This document shows, one piece after another, positions 17,401 through 24,508 of a stretch of 64,000 nt of DNA (position 1 is its first letter; each line of letters opens with the position of its first letter). The stretch is from an uncultured Clostridia bacterium (GTDB taxonomy: Bacteria; Bacillota; Clostridia; Oscillospirales; Oscillospiraceae): the NCBI GenBank assembly GCA_946187035.1, contig CAMHPQ010000003.1, forward strand, positions 1,886 through 65,885, read 5' to 3'. Made by a program: the position numbers and the translations under genes. The notes under the pieces are model-generated. The model did no database searches, was not told where the DNA came from, and worked only from the letters and a program-made list of their open reading frames with translations.

Positions 17401-20277
17401 CCGGGTGATCTTCTGCTCCCCGGTTCCGTCGGTAATGACGCAGCGGTACTGCCGCGCCGCGGCGGCCTCGTCCGCTTCAAAGGAGAACGTCTCGTCCGTG
17501 CAGCCGGTCTCGTTCCAGGCCTCGCCGCCGTCCTCGCTGTACTCCCAGCTGTAGCTCAGGTTCCAGCCCTCGGCCTGGACGGTGAACGTCACCTCGTCGC
17601 CGCTCAGGACGCTGACATCCGCAGGCTGCTTCACAATGGTGATGGGCGCGATCCACGTGATGGAAGCAGTGTCCGAAATCACCGTCTGTCCATATTTATC
17701 GGTGATGATGCAGCGGTACTGCCGTCCGTTGGAGGTACGGTTGATGGTGCAGGTGACGGAGGCCTTGGCCGCAGAGTCCGTCCAGGTCTCGCCGCCGTCG
17801 GTGCTGTACTGCCACTGATAGCTGAGGCCGTAGCCCTCTGCCGTGACGGTAAAGGTTGCAATGTCGCCGGTCTTGCCCATGGCGTCCTCCGGCTGAGAAG
17901 TAATGGAAAGATCCGTCAGGTACACCCTCACCGAGCGCGTCGTCTGCTGTTCACCGTCTCCGTTTGTGACGACGCAGCGGTACTGCCGCGCCGCAGCCGC
18001 ATCGTCCGCAGCGCAGTGAAATGTGGCGTTTGTGCCGGATGCGGGAAGCCAGGTCTCGCCGTTGTCCTCGCTGTATTCCCAATCGTAGCTCAGGTTCCAG
18101 CCCACTGCCTGGACGGTGAAGATCGCCTCGCCGCCTCTCTGGACATAGTCATCCGAGGGCTGCTTGACAATGCTGAGCGGACGCTGCCAGATGAGTCTGG
18201 CCTCCCTCGTCACCGCCTGCGCTCCGCTGCTGTCCGTGAGAACGCAGCGATACAGGCGTCCGTTGGAGGTGCCGTTGATTTTGCAGGAGATGCTGGTCTT
18301 GGTGCTGCTTGCGTCGACCCAGGTCTCACCCTCATCGTCGCTGTACTGCCACTGGTAGGTCAGGCCGGCGCCGGAGGCCGCGACTTTGAAGACGGCGTAT
18401 TCGTCCTTCTCTCCCAGGGCGTCCTGGGGCTGCTCCAGAATCCGGATACCGCTTTCCATCACCTTCGCAGATTTGCTGACAAAGACTGCGCCGGTCTCGT
18501 CCGTGATGACGCAGCGATACATACGTCCGTAGGTCGATTCGTCCACGCCGGTGGTGACGGTTGTCTGATTCCCGTCATCGGAAATCCAGACAGCGCCGTC
18601 GGCCTCTGTCCAGGTCTCGCCGCTGTCGGTGCTGGCCTGCCAGAGGTAAATGAGCTCCCAGTTTTCTGCTCCCTGCAGCTCCACAGAGAAGACCGCCTCA
18701 GCGCCAGCCGGAACATAAGCGTCCTCCGGCTGCCCGACAATGCTGATGGGCGCAATCCAGGTGAGGCTGGCCGCATCGGAAATCGCCTGCGTTCCATAGC
18801 TGTCCGTGATGACGCAGCGGTACAGCCGTCCGTTGGAGGTCTTGTTGATCTTGCAGGAGGTGCTGGTGCCCGTACTGCTGGCATTAATCCAGCTCTCGCC
18901 GTTGTCCGTGCTGTACTGCCACTGATAGGTCAGTCCCTCGCCGACGGCCTTGATTCTGAAGACTGCGGTATCGCCGCCCTTGCCCACCGCGTCCTGGGGC
19001 TGGGAGGTGATTTCAATGACGGACACAGGCTGCGTCACCGTGAGCGTCGCCGCCTTGGAGGTCTCCATCTCGCTGCCGGAGCTCACAACGCAGCGGTACT
19101 GGTAGCCGTTGCGGTTGGTGGCTCCGCTGATGCCCGCCACCGTCAGGGTGTCGGTATTGTAGCCCTGGGTGGCGCTGGAGCAGTTTTTCCAGTTTCCACC
19201 GGGCTTCTTATACTGCCACTGATAGCTGAGATCGCTGCCGCTCGCTTTCACAGTGAAAGAAACCTTGTTCTCTCCCTCCGCCCGGGCATCCTTAGGCTGG
19301 ACAGTGATCTCGACGGTCGGAGCAGGCACCGTAACCGTGAGGGTCGCTGCATCGGAAGCCAGGTTTTCGATTCCGGAGGTTATTACACAGCGGTACTGGT
19401 AACCGTTGCGGTTGGTGCTGCCGCTGATGCCGGCAACGGTCAGGGTGTCGGTGTTGTAGCCCTGGGTGGCGCTGGAGCAGTTTTTCCAGCTTCCACCGGG
19501 CTTCAGATACTGCCACTGATAGCTGAGGTCGTTTCCGCTCGCTTTCACAGTGAAAGAAACCTTGTTCGCGCCTACCGTCTGCGCGTCCTGCGGCTGCGAT
19601 GTAATCTCGATCACAGGCCCTGCAACCGTGAGCTTCGCCGCCTTGGAGGTCAGCTTCACGTCACCGGAAGTCACCACACAGCGGTAATGATAGCCGTCGC
19701 GGCTGGTCTTCCCGTTGATGCTCTCAACCGTGAGCGTGTCCGTATTATAGCCCTTCGTCGCGCTGGAACAGTTTTTCCAGCTGCCATTGGGTGTTCTGTA
19801 CTGCCACTGATAACTGAGATCGCTGCCCGTGGCGGCCACCCGGAATTCCGCAGTTTCGCCCGCATCCACGGTCGCACTCTCCGGCTGCGTCTTGATTGCA
19901 TACACTGTAAGCGTCGCAGCATTGGAGGTCAGCTTCGTGCTGCCGGAGGTGACGACGCAACGGTACTGATAGCCATCGCGGTTGGTGCCGTTGCTGATGC
20001 CCGCAACCGTCAGGGTATTGGTATTATACCCCTGCGTCGCGCTGGAACAGTTTTTCCAGCTGCCGGCAGGCGCTTTGTACTGCCAACGATAGGTCAGATT
20101 GCTGCCCGATGCGTCAACGGTGAAGTTGACGGTGCCCGTTCCAACGGTGGACGCGTCCATCGGCTGCTTTGTCAAAATCGCCGACGCCGCCTGTGCCGCC
20201 GTGATCGTGCCCAAAAGCAGCACTGCCGCCAGCAGCAGGACAAAAATGTGTTTCACAAAATGTCGTTTTCTGGTCAT
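14479..20277 (-). CDS. Giant (1932 aa) secreted cell-wall hydrolase: Ig-like repeat array + cell-wall-binding (CWB) repeats + C-terminal NlpC/P60 domain
   Basis: Signal peptide. About a dozen Ig-like modules (YQWQY...NCSSATQGYNTDTLTV...YRCVV). GW/YYF-type CWB repeats (TGWQRMEDGTRYFDDSG...). NlpC/P60 residues VCSSLVY and HHVGIYLGGGKMLEA. AGGAGG RBS. Confidence 0.9.
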   Translation of the reverse strand: MTRKRHFVKHIFVLLLAAVLLLGTITAAQAASAILTKQPMDASTVGTGTVNFTVDASGSNLTYRWQYKAPAGSWKNCSSATQGYNTNTLTVAGISNGTNRDGYQYRCVVTSGSTKLTSNAATLTVYAIKTQPESATVDAGETAEFRVAATGSDLSYQWQYRTPNGSWKNCSSATKGYNTDTLTVESINGKTSRDGYHYRCVVTSGDVKLTSKAAKLTVAGPVIEITSQPQDAQTVGANKVSFTVKASGNDLSYQWQYLKPGGSWKNCSSATQGYNTDTLTVAGISGSTNRNGYQYRCVITSGIENLASDAATLTVTVPAPTVEITVQPKDARAEGENKVSFTVKASGSDLSYQWQYKKPGGNWKNCSSATQGYNTDTLTVAGISGATNRNGYQYRCVVSSGSEMETSKAATLTVTQPVSVIEITSQPQDAVGKGGDTAVFRIKAVGEGLTYQWQYSTDNGESWINASSTGTSTSCKINKTSNGRLYRCVITDSYGTQAISDAASLTWIAPISIVGQPEDAYVPAGAEAVFSVELQGAENWELIYLWQASTDSGETWTEADGAVWISDDGNQTTVTTGVDESTYGRMYRCVITDETGAVFVSKSAKVMESGIRILEQPQDALGEKDEYAVFKVAASGAGLTYQWQYSDDEGETWVDASSTKTSISCKINGTSNGRLYRCVLTDSSGAQAVTREARLIWQRPLSIVKQPSDDYVQRGGEAIFTVQAVGWNLSYDWEYSEDNGETWLPASGTNATFHCAADDAAAARQYRCVVTNGDGEQQTTRSVRVYLTDLSITSQPEDAMGKTGDIATFTVTAEGYGLSYQWQYSTDGGETWTDSAAKASVTCTINRTSNGRQYRCIITDKYGQTVISDTASITWIAPITIVKQPADVSVLSGDEVTFTVQAEGWNLSYSWEYSEDGGEAWNETGCTDETFSFEADEAAAARQYRCVITDGTGEQKITRVTKVTLSDLQILTQPQDALGETGDIASFKVTANGVGLTYQWQYSEDGGETWVNSATKQTATCTINRTSNGRLYRCIVTDSYGKTAISNTASVIWMPPLKIVKQPVDAYGSSGSTVEFTVKAEGWNLSYSWEYSADDGVTWTPADCTEATISCTVDDTTVGRRFRCIVTDGQGNSLPSSSAQICSSAIVIDPETGLAYYIVDGNVKLTGWQRMEDGTRYFDDSGSMARGVSTVNGKKYYFDWNTGLQRFGLIDVGAGHYMYFDETTGNPVSGLKTVDGVTYYFSAESGLSQGGFETVGDSTYYFDRETYRMVTGMLRLDDKVFYFGEDGKMLTGLIETDDGAYYARDTGTLYSGTFVADGKRYCADDETYKLFTGFYETGGTRYYFDGVNGAGNGLTWIDGKLYNFRSDGSIKTGLLTVDGTRYFFDLETGEAVFGLVSYGGRIYGLTENGVQTGLTFMDGALYDFSSSGYAYLGLQTIDGDKYYFDTTTGQACNGWKTINGIRYYFEDYKAVCGQTREIDGVSYTFTSSGAMKNPNKNSGCVTENGVKMYYDPESGERQLGFVTLDGNTFYYTENGLATGLLELEDGVWYFDNSCVMRKGLQKIGDNVYYFDLETGRRCSGLVTTTEKPVYADPETGVLQSGFVEIDGKEYYFRPNVFTAQTGWLTLDSTRYYFDAQGVRRTGFVTVGDYTYYVDESGTRTGLSEINGSTYCFSNSGYLLYGARTIDDKAYYFDTKTGAMRTGLVELNGKWYGYLPEGGLAAGYHDFDGKTYFFTEMNNQLVLGLYSDKDGNLFNFDLERGLVKNDDWIWEGVSFHADSAGKVSVTVDESNPFSKLMARGVELLGTPYGKNEGQLVCSSLVYTVMQAVDVDIPETVNRQYTKLMSDNTVDKDFSVDALQKGDAVFYLNGKCGISDCHEINEIHHVGIYLGGGKMLEATSLYYNDELEDKEGYTLIRDITNSDDIFVVMVAHLM
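16830..20170 (-). repeat. Tandem Ig-like module-coding repeats within the 1932-aa gene
   Basis: Recurrent DNA strings such as CTGCCACTGATAGCTGAG near 17811, 18911, 19211, 19511 and 19801. Related modules recur in the gene at 26351-27190. Confidence 0.8.
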
Positions 20278-20434
20278 AGGAACCTCCTGATGGGTGGTTT
20301 TTTTGCTGCGGGAAACATAAAGGTACCATTATTACAAAAACGAATCTATTATATCAGAAAAACACGGAATAGGAAAGCGTTTTTTCAAAAATGAATCTCC
20401 TCCTGTATGAATCGGATTCTCCCCCCCATCTGCG

Positions 20435-20474
20435 CAAAAAGAGACCGCCGCACAAAACCTGCTGCGGCAGTCTC
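20435..20474 (-). terminator. Terminator after pfkA
   Basis: On the minus strand, AGAGACTGCCGCA and TGCGGCGGTCTCT form a hairpin followed by TTTTT. Confidence 0.7.
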
Positions 20475-20493
20475 TCTTCAGTTGCGGAACGGT

Positions 20494-21489
20494 TCAGTTT
20501 TCCTTCTGGGGGTCGCTGTGCTGGACGGCTTCCAGCACCTCGTAGCGGTCCATCTGGAGACCCTTCTTCATCTGCAGCGCCTCTTCGATGGGGGTCCGGA
20601 CCAGGAAGCCGCCGCTGGTGCCGATGACGGTGTTGAAGTCGCCGTCCACCAGGGCCATGACCGCTGCGTAACCCATGCGGGTGGCGATCTCCCGGTCACG
20701 GACGCTGGGGGTGCCGCCGCGCTGGATGTGACCCAGGACGGTCACGCGGGGGTCGATGCCCAGGTTCTCCTTGATCTCGTCGCCGATGGTGAAAGCGCTG
20801 CCCACGCCCTCGGCCACCACCACCATGAAGTGGGTGTTGCCGGCCAGACGGGAGCGGCGGATGGGCTCCGCCACGTCGCGGTCGAAGTCATAGTCCCGCT
20901 CCGGCACCAGCACCGCGGTGGCGCCCACGGCGATGCCCACATACAGCGCCAGGAAGCCCGCGTGGCGGCCCATGACCTCCACCACGGAGCAGCGCTCGTG
21001 GGACTGCATGGTGTCGCGGAGCTTGTCGATGCACATGACGGCGGTGTTGCAGGCGGTGTCGAAGCCGATGGTGTAGTTGGAGCAGCCCAGGTCGTTGTCA
21101 ATGGTGGCGGGGACGCCCACCGTCGGGATGCCCAGGCGGCTGAGCTCCAGGGCGCCGCGGAAGGTGCCGTCGCCGCCGATGGCAATGACCGCGTCCAGAC
21201 CCAGGAGTCTGCAGGTGGCCACGGCCTTCTTGCGGCCTTCTTCATGCATGAATTCCTCGCAGCGGGCGGTGTAAAGAATGGTGCCGCCGGCGCTGAGGGT
21301 GTGGCTCACGTCTTTGGAGCTGAGCATCTCGAAGTCGCCGGTGATGAGACCCTGCCAGCCGCGGTGGATGCCCACCACGTCGATGCCCTGACCCAGAGCG
21401 GTGCGGACCACGGCGCGGACTGCGGCGTTCATGCCCGGGGCGTCCCCGCCGCTGGTGAGTACGCCGATGCGTTTGATTTTATGATCCAT
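20494..21489 (-). CDS. pfkA: ATP-dependent 6-phosphofructokinase
   Basis: Motifs IGVLTSGGDAPGMNAAVRAVV, IGGDGTFRGA, PATIDNDL and GHIQRGG. ATG 21489 lies 7 nt after GGAGGA. Confidence 0.9.
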   Translation of the reverse strand: MDHKIKRIGVLTSGGDAPGMNAAVRAVVRTALGQGIDVVGIHRGWQGLITGDFEMLSSKDVSHTLSAGGTILYTARCEEFMHEEGRKKAVATCRLLGLDAVIAIGGDGTFRGALELSRLGIPTVGVPATIDNDLGCSNYTIGFDTACNTAVMCIDKLRDTMQSHERCSVVEVMGRHAGFLALYVGIAVGATAVLVPERDYDFDRDVAEPIRRSRLAGNTHFMVVVAEGVGSAFTIGDEIKENLGIDPRVTVLGHIQRGGTPSVRDREIATRMGYAAVMALVDGDFNTVIGTSGGFLVRTPIEEALQMKKGLQMDRYEVLEAVQHSDPQKEN

Positions 21490-21618
21490 AGATGTATCCT
21501 CCATTTTCCTGTTCTGTTTCTACTTTATCTTGATTTCCCGACTATGTCAATCTTTTTTCAATCCAATCTCCCCGGTTTTCAACATCCCGGCCAAATATGA
21601 TGATTTTTTCCAAGACGG

Positions 21619-21647
21619 TTGACTTTTGGGAGCATCGTGCGTATAAT
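21619..21647 (+). promoter_or_regulatory. Sigma-70-type promoter of the metA leader
   Basis: TTGACT at 21619-21624, a 17-nt spacer, then TATAAT at 21642-21647. Confidence 0.65.
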
Positions 21648-21682
21648 GGGAACACATTCCAGAAGAAAGGAGCTCCCGGCTG

Positions 21683-21790
21683 ATGCTGTACGCCCGCTGC
21701 ATGATGAACAGCATGATGTACATGCCCATGTGCATGTGCATGATTCGGCGCGCAGAAAAATCCGGAGAGACCTTCCAGCGAATGTCCTAA
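21683..21790 (+). CDS. 35-codon Met/Cys-rich leader peptide ([35 protein letters not shown])
   Basis: AAGGAG RBS at 21667-21672 and ATG at 21683. Between codons 6 and 20 there are 8 in-frame ATG and 3 TGC codons. The ORF lies between the promoter and a terminator directly upstream of metA. It is below the ORF-track size cutoff. Confidence 0.6.
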   Translation: MLYARCMMNSMMYMPMCMCMIRRAEKSGETFQRMS

Positions 21791-21811
21791 ACGCTGTTCG
21801 ACTGTATGTTT

Positions 21812-21846
21812 ACGGAGATCTCCAACCGGAGGTCTCCGTTTTTTTA
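21812..21846 (+). terminator. Intrinsic terminator (attenuator) between the leader ORF and metA
   Basis: Arms ACGGAGATCTCC and GGAGGTCTCCGT with loop AACC form the hairpin, followed by TTTTTTT. It ends 24 nt before the metA ATG. Confidence 0.75.
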
Positions 21847-21869
21847 TTTGGGAAAGGAGTTTGAACATC

Positions 21870-22796
21870 ATGCCCATCATCATTCCTCCCAATCTGCCTG
21901 CAGCCAAGGCGCTGCAGCGGGAGAACATTTTCTACTACCACACGGCCCGCGCCGAGACCCAGGACATCCGGATGCTGCACATCCTGATCCTGAATCTCAT
22001 GCCCACCAAGATCGCCACCGAGACCCAGCTGGTTCGGCTGCTGGGAAATACCCCGATCCAGGTGCAGGCGGAGCTCATGGCCTTTGACAGTCATACATCG
22101 AAAAACACCTCTCAGGAGCACATGCTCGCCTTCTACACCACCTTCGAGTCCGTCAAGCACCGGAACTTCGACGGCCTGATCATCACCGGCGCCCCCATCG
22201 AGAATCTGACCTTCGAGCAGGCGGACTACTGGGAGGAGCTGTGTAAGATCATGGAGTGGAGCAAGTCCCACGTCCAGAGCACCCTGCACATCTGCTGGGG
22301 CGCTCAGGCGGGGCTGTATTACCACTACGGCATCAACAAAATCCGGCTGCCGGAAAAGCTCTTCGGCGTCTATGACCATCGCGTGACCCACAAGGGCTCC
22401 ATTCTCTTCCGGGGCTTCGACGACGTGTTCCATGTCCCCCACTCCCGGCACACCGCCACGCCCAGGGAGCCCATCGTTCAAGAGCCAAAGCTGAAAATTC
22501 TGGCCGAGAGCGACGTGGCGGGGGTCTACGCGGTCTCCACCGACGGCGGCAGACAGATCTTCATCACCGGCCACTCGGAGTACGACACCGACACCCTGGA
22601 GCAGGAGTATCTTCGGGATCTGAATGCCGGCAAGCCCATCCACGTGCCGGAGCACTACTACCCCAACGATGACCCCACCCAGCAGCCCAGAAACACCTGG
22701 CGCTCCAGCGCGAATCTGCTGTTCTCCAACTGGCTGAATTACTTCGTGTATCAGGAGTCGCCCTACGACATTTCCGCCATCGAGCCCATTGCTTAA
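21870..22796 (+). CDS. metA: Homoserine O-acyltransferase (MetA family)
   Basis: Sequence [21 protein letters not shown]...[26 protein letters not shown]...[21 protein letters not shown] before ATG 21870. Confidence 0.9.
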   Translation: MPIIIPPNLPAAKALQRENIFYYHTARAETQDIRMLHILILNLMPTKIATETQLVRLLGNTPIQVQAELMAFDSHTSKNTSQEHMLAFYTTFESVKHRNFDGLIITGAPIENLTFEQADYWEELCKIMEWSKSHVQSTLHICWGAQAGLYYHYGINKIRLPEKLFGVYDHRVTHKGSILFRGFDDVFHVPHSRHTATPREPIVQEPKLKILAESDVAGVYAVSTDGGRQIFITGHSEYDTDTLEQEYLRDLNAGKPIHVPEHYYPNDDPTQQPRNTWRSSANLLFSNWLNYFVYQESPYDISAIEPIA

Positions 22797-22828
22797 GCCA
22801 TCGAAAAACAAGTTTTCCGATGGAGTAT

Positions 22829-22935
22829 GCACTGCGAAAAAAGATTTTGGCGCAAGTGCGACTTGCGAAAGAAAAAACTTTTTTCTTCGTGAGCGGTATT
22901 TTGCGCTCCGAAACAAGTTCCGGAGGCAAAATGAT
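22829..22935 (+). repeat. Interspersed ~107-nt repeat, family B, copy 1
   Basis: GCACTGCGAAAAAAGATTTTGGCGCAAGTGCGACTTGCGAAAGAAAAA...CGTGAGCGGT...GGCAAAATGAT aligns along its whole length with the reverse complement of 34164-34270. It contains the internal hairpin CGCAAG/CTTGCG. Confidence 0.75.
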
Positions 22936-23042
22936 CTGATCCTCATGATCGTCAAAGAATCCTCATTCGGCCTATTGACCTCTTGAAATGCCGCCATCAA
23001 TTCCTTATAATGATTGTTATCAGAGTATTTTGAGGTGATCCC

Positions 23043-23657
23043 ATGAGCCTGCTGGAACAGAGTTTGTTTGAATATTCCCACCATCTTGCGGCCAAGGAGC
23101 CGGTGCCCGGCGGCGGTGGGGCGGCGGCCCTGATCGGCGCCCTGGCGGCGGCCCTCGGCAGCATGGCGGGGAACTATACCGTCGGGAAGAAGGCCTACGC
23201 CGCGCACGAAGCCGAGGTACAGGCCGCTGTCGAGGCCTGCGACGGGCTGCGGATGCGGCTACTGGCCCTGGTGGACGCCGACGCCCAGGCCTTCGAGCCC
23301 CTCTCCAGAGCCTACGCCCTGCCGAAGGATGACCCCGATACGGCTGCCGCTTTGGAGGCTGCCACCCGGAACGCGGTCCTGGCCCCCATGGGGATCGTCC
23401 AGTGCTGCACAGAACTGGCGACGCCGCTGGAAACTCTGCGGGCGCACGGCAGCAAAATCATGCAGTCGGACGTGGGCTGCGCGGCCTATGCTGCGACTGC
23501 GGCCATGGAGTGCGCGTATCTGAACGTGCTGGTGAATCTCCGCGCCCTGCCGGAGGGAAAGCAGCTGGACGAGCAGGTACGTCCCATGCTGGAGGCTGCC
23601 CTGCCGAAGCTGAGAAAAATCGCGGAGGACGTCAGAGCGAGCCTGGAGATTGGCTAA
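23043..23657 (+). CDS. Cyclodeaminase/cyclohydrolase family protein (FTCD C-terminal-like, methenyl-THF cyclohydrolase type)
   Basis: Sequence LAAKEPVPGGGGAAALIGALAAALGSMAGNYTVGKK...LAPMGIVQCC...NVLVNL. Confidence 0.75.
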   Translation: MSLLEQSLFEYSHHLAAKEPVPGGGGAAALIGALAAALGSMAGNYTVGKKAYAAHEAEVQAAVEACDGLRMRLLALVDADAQAFEPLSRAYALPKDDPDTAAALEAATRNAVLAPMGIVQCCTELATPLETLRAHGSKIMQSDVGCAAYAATAAMECAYLNVLVNLRALPEGKQLDEQVRPMLEAALPKLRKIAEDVRASLEIG

Positions 23658-23694
23658 TAATACGTTCCAATTCTCAGTATAGCGCTCATTCCTT

Positions 23695-23769
23695 GTAGGG
23701 CGGGGACCTGTGCCCCGCCGCATTGGGAATGGCGTTGGATCAACGGCGGGGCACAGGTCCCCGCCCTAC
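23695..23769. repeat. GC-rich palindromic REP-like element, family A, copy 1
   Basis: GTAGGGCGGGGACCTGTGCCCCGCCG and CGGCGGGGCACAGGTCCCCGCCCTAC form an inverted repeat. Near-identical to 53704-53780, including the flanking TTCCTT and AAAC. Confidence 0.8.
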
Positions 23770-23800
23770 AAACTCCAACTTGATTTTTCCCAAATTCTTC

Positions 23801-23829
23801 TTGCAATTCCCAGTAAATTGGTCTATAAT
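23801..23829 (+). promoter_or_regulatory. Sigma-70-type promoter of the folT leader
   Basis: TTGCAA at 23801-23806, a 17-nt spacer, then TATAAT at 23824-23829. Confidence 0.6.
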
Positions 23830-23844
23830 AACGCCGAACAAATT

Positions 23845-23938
23845 GACAGAGTAGGATCAGCGCGTTAAGTGCTGCGGGATGGGAAGTTGCCCGCAGACGA
23901 AGCACTTCGGTGCGCGGTGCCGGTCCGCATCCGCTGCC
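23845..23938 (+). promoter_or_regulatory. THF (tetrahydrofolate) riboswitch
   Basis: AGAGTAG..GCGCGTTAAGTG..GATGGGA..ACGAAGC..GCGCGGTG..CGCATCCGCTGC matches the conserved folT-motif blocks in order. It sits directly upstream of folT. Confidence 0.9.
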
Positions 23939-23956
23939 ACCAAAAGAGGGTTCGCT

Positions 23957-23992
23957 CCTTTCGTGGCGAGGGTCACGAAAGGGGCCTTTTTT
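23957..23992 (+). terminator. Riboswitch expression-platform hairpin (terminator/RBS sequestor)
   Basis: CCTTTCGTG (23957-23965) pairs with CACGAAAGG (23974-23982), followed by GGCCTTTTTT immediately before ATG 23993. The 3' arm overlaps the purine-rich RBS. Confidence 0.5.
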
Positions 23993-24508
23993 ATGAAAAA
24001 ACCGATTTTTACAACCAAAATGCTGGCGGTCATGAGCCTGCTGGTGGCCATTGAGGTCATCATCGCAAGGTTCGGCACCATCCGGCCCACCAACAGTCTG
24101 AAGCTCAGTCTGGACTTCATTCCGGTGGTGATCTCCGCCATTCTCTTCGGGCCCATCCCCGCCATGATCATCAGCATTCTGGCGGACATTCTGGGGGCCT
24201 TTCTGTTCCCGGTGGGGCCCTTTTTCCCGGGCTTCACGGTGACGGCGGCCATGACCGGGCTGCTGTACGGCCTGCTGCTGTACAGGGATCAGAGCATGCC
24301 GCGGATCGTGCTGGCGGTGCTGCTGCAGCAGGGGATTTTGAGTCTGCTGCTGAACACCTTCTGGCTGAAGGTATTGTACGGTCTCCCCTACCTGCCCACG
24401 CTGGTGGGGCGACTGGTGCAGGCCGGGGTCATGGCGGCGCTGCAGATCGTGCTGATCCCGCTGCTGGCCAAGGCCGTCAACGACGTGGAAAAGAGGGCGA
24501 AGCTATGA
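23993..24508 (+). CDS. folT: Folate-family ECF transporter S component
   Basis: Sequence MKKPIFTTKMLAVMSLLVAIEVIIARF...LDFIPVVISAILFGP, multi-TM, immediately downstream of the THF riboswitch. Confidence 0.85.
   Translation: MKKPIFTTKMLAVMSLLVAIEVIIARFGTIRPTNSLKLSLDFIPVVISAILFGPIPAMIISILADILGAFLFPVGPFFPGFTVTAAMTGLLYGLLLYRDQSMPRIVLAVLLQQGILSLLLNTFWLKVLYGLPYLPTLVGRLVQAGVMAALQIVLIPLLAKAVNDVEKRAKL

Noticed and set aside
14488-20394. 1968-aa ORF on the plus strand, opposite the 1932-aa surface protein gene
   Set aside because: Its product is low-complexity and rich in Ala/Gly/Val/Arg, with no signal, RBS or domain logic. The minus-strand frame has a signal peptide, ordered repeats and an NlpC/P60 domain. 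This is a typical GC-driven shadow ORF.
22798-22823. Hairpin right after the metA stop, considered as its terminator
   Set aside because: The stem has a mismatch and no T-run follows. It appears to be part of the family-B repeat unit rather than a canonical terminator.
21810-23207. 465-aa minus-strand ORF spanning metA, repeat B and the start of the cyclohydrolase-family gene
   Set aside because: It is antisense to metA and runs through non-coding repeat DNA. Its composition is typical of a shadow frame.
23259-23723. ORFs running through family-A palindromes and other repeat DNA (23259-23723, 23654-23905, 53155-53826, 53613-53816, 50630-51256, 33398-34072)
   Set aside because: Their conserved-looking peptides (for example GTGPRPTRNE) are just translations of the repeated palindrome. 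There is no RBS, and they are antisense to or overlap real genes.
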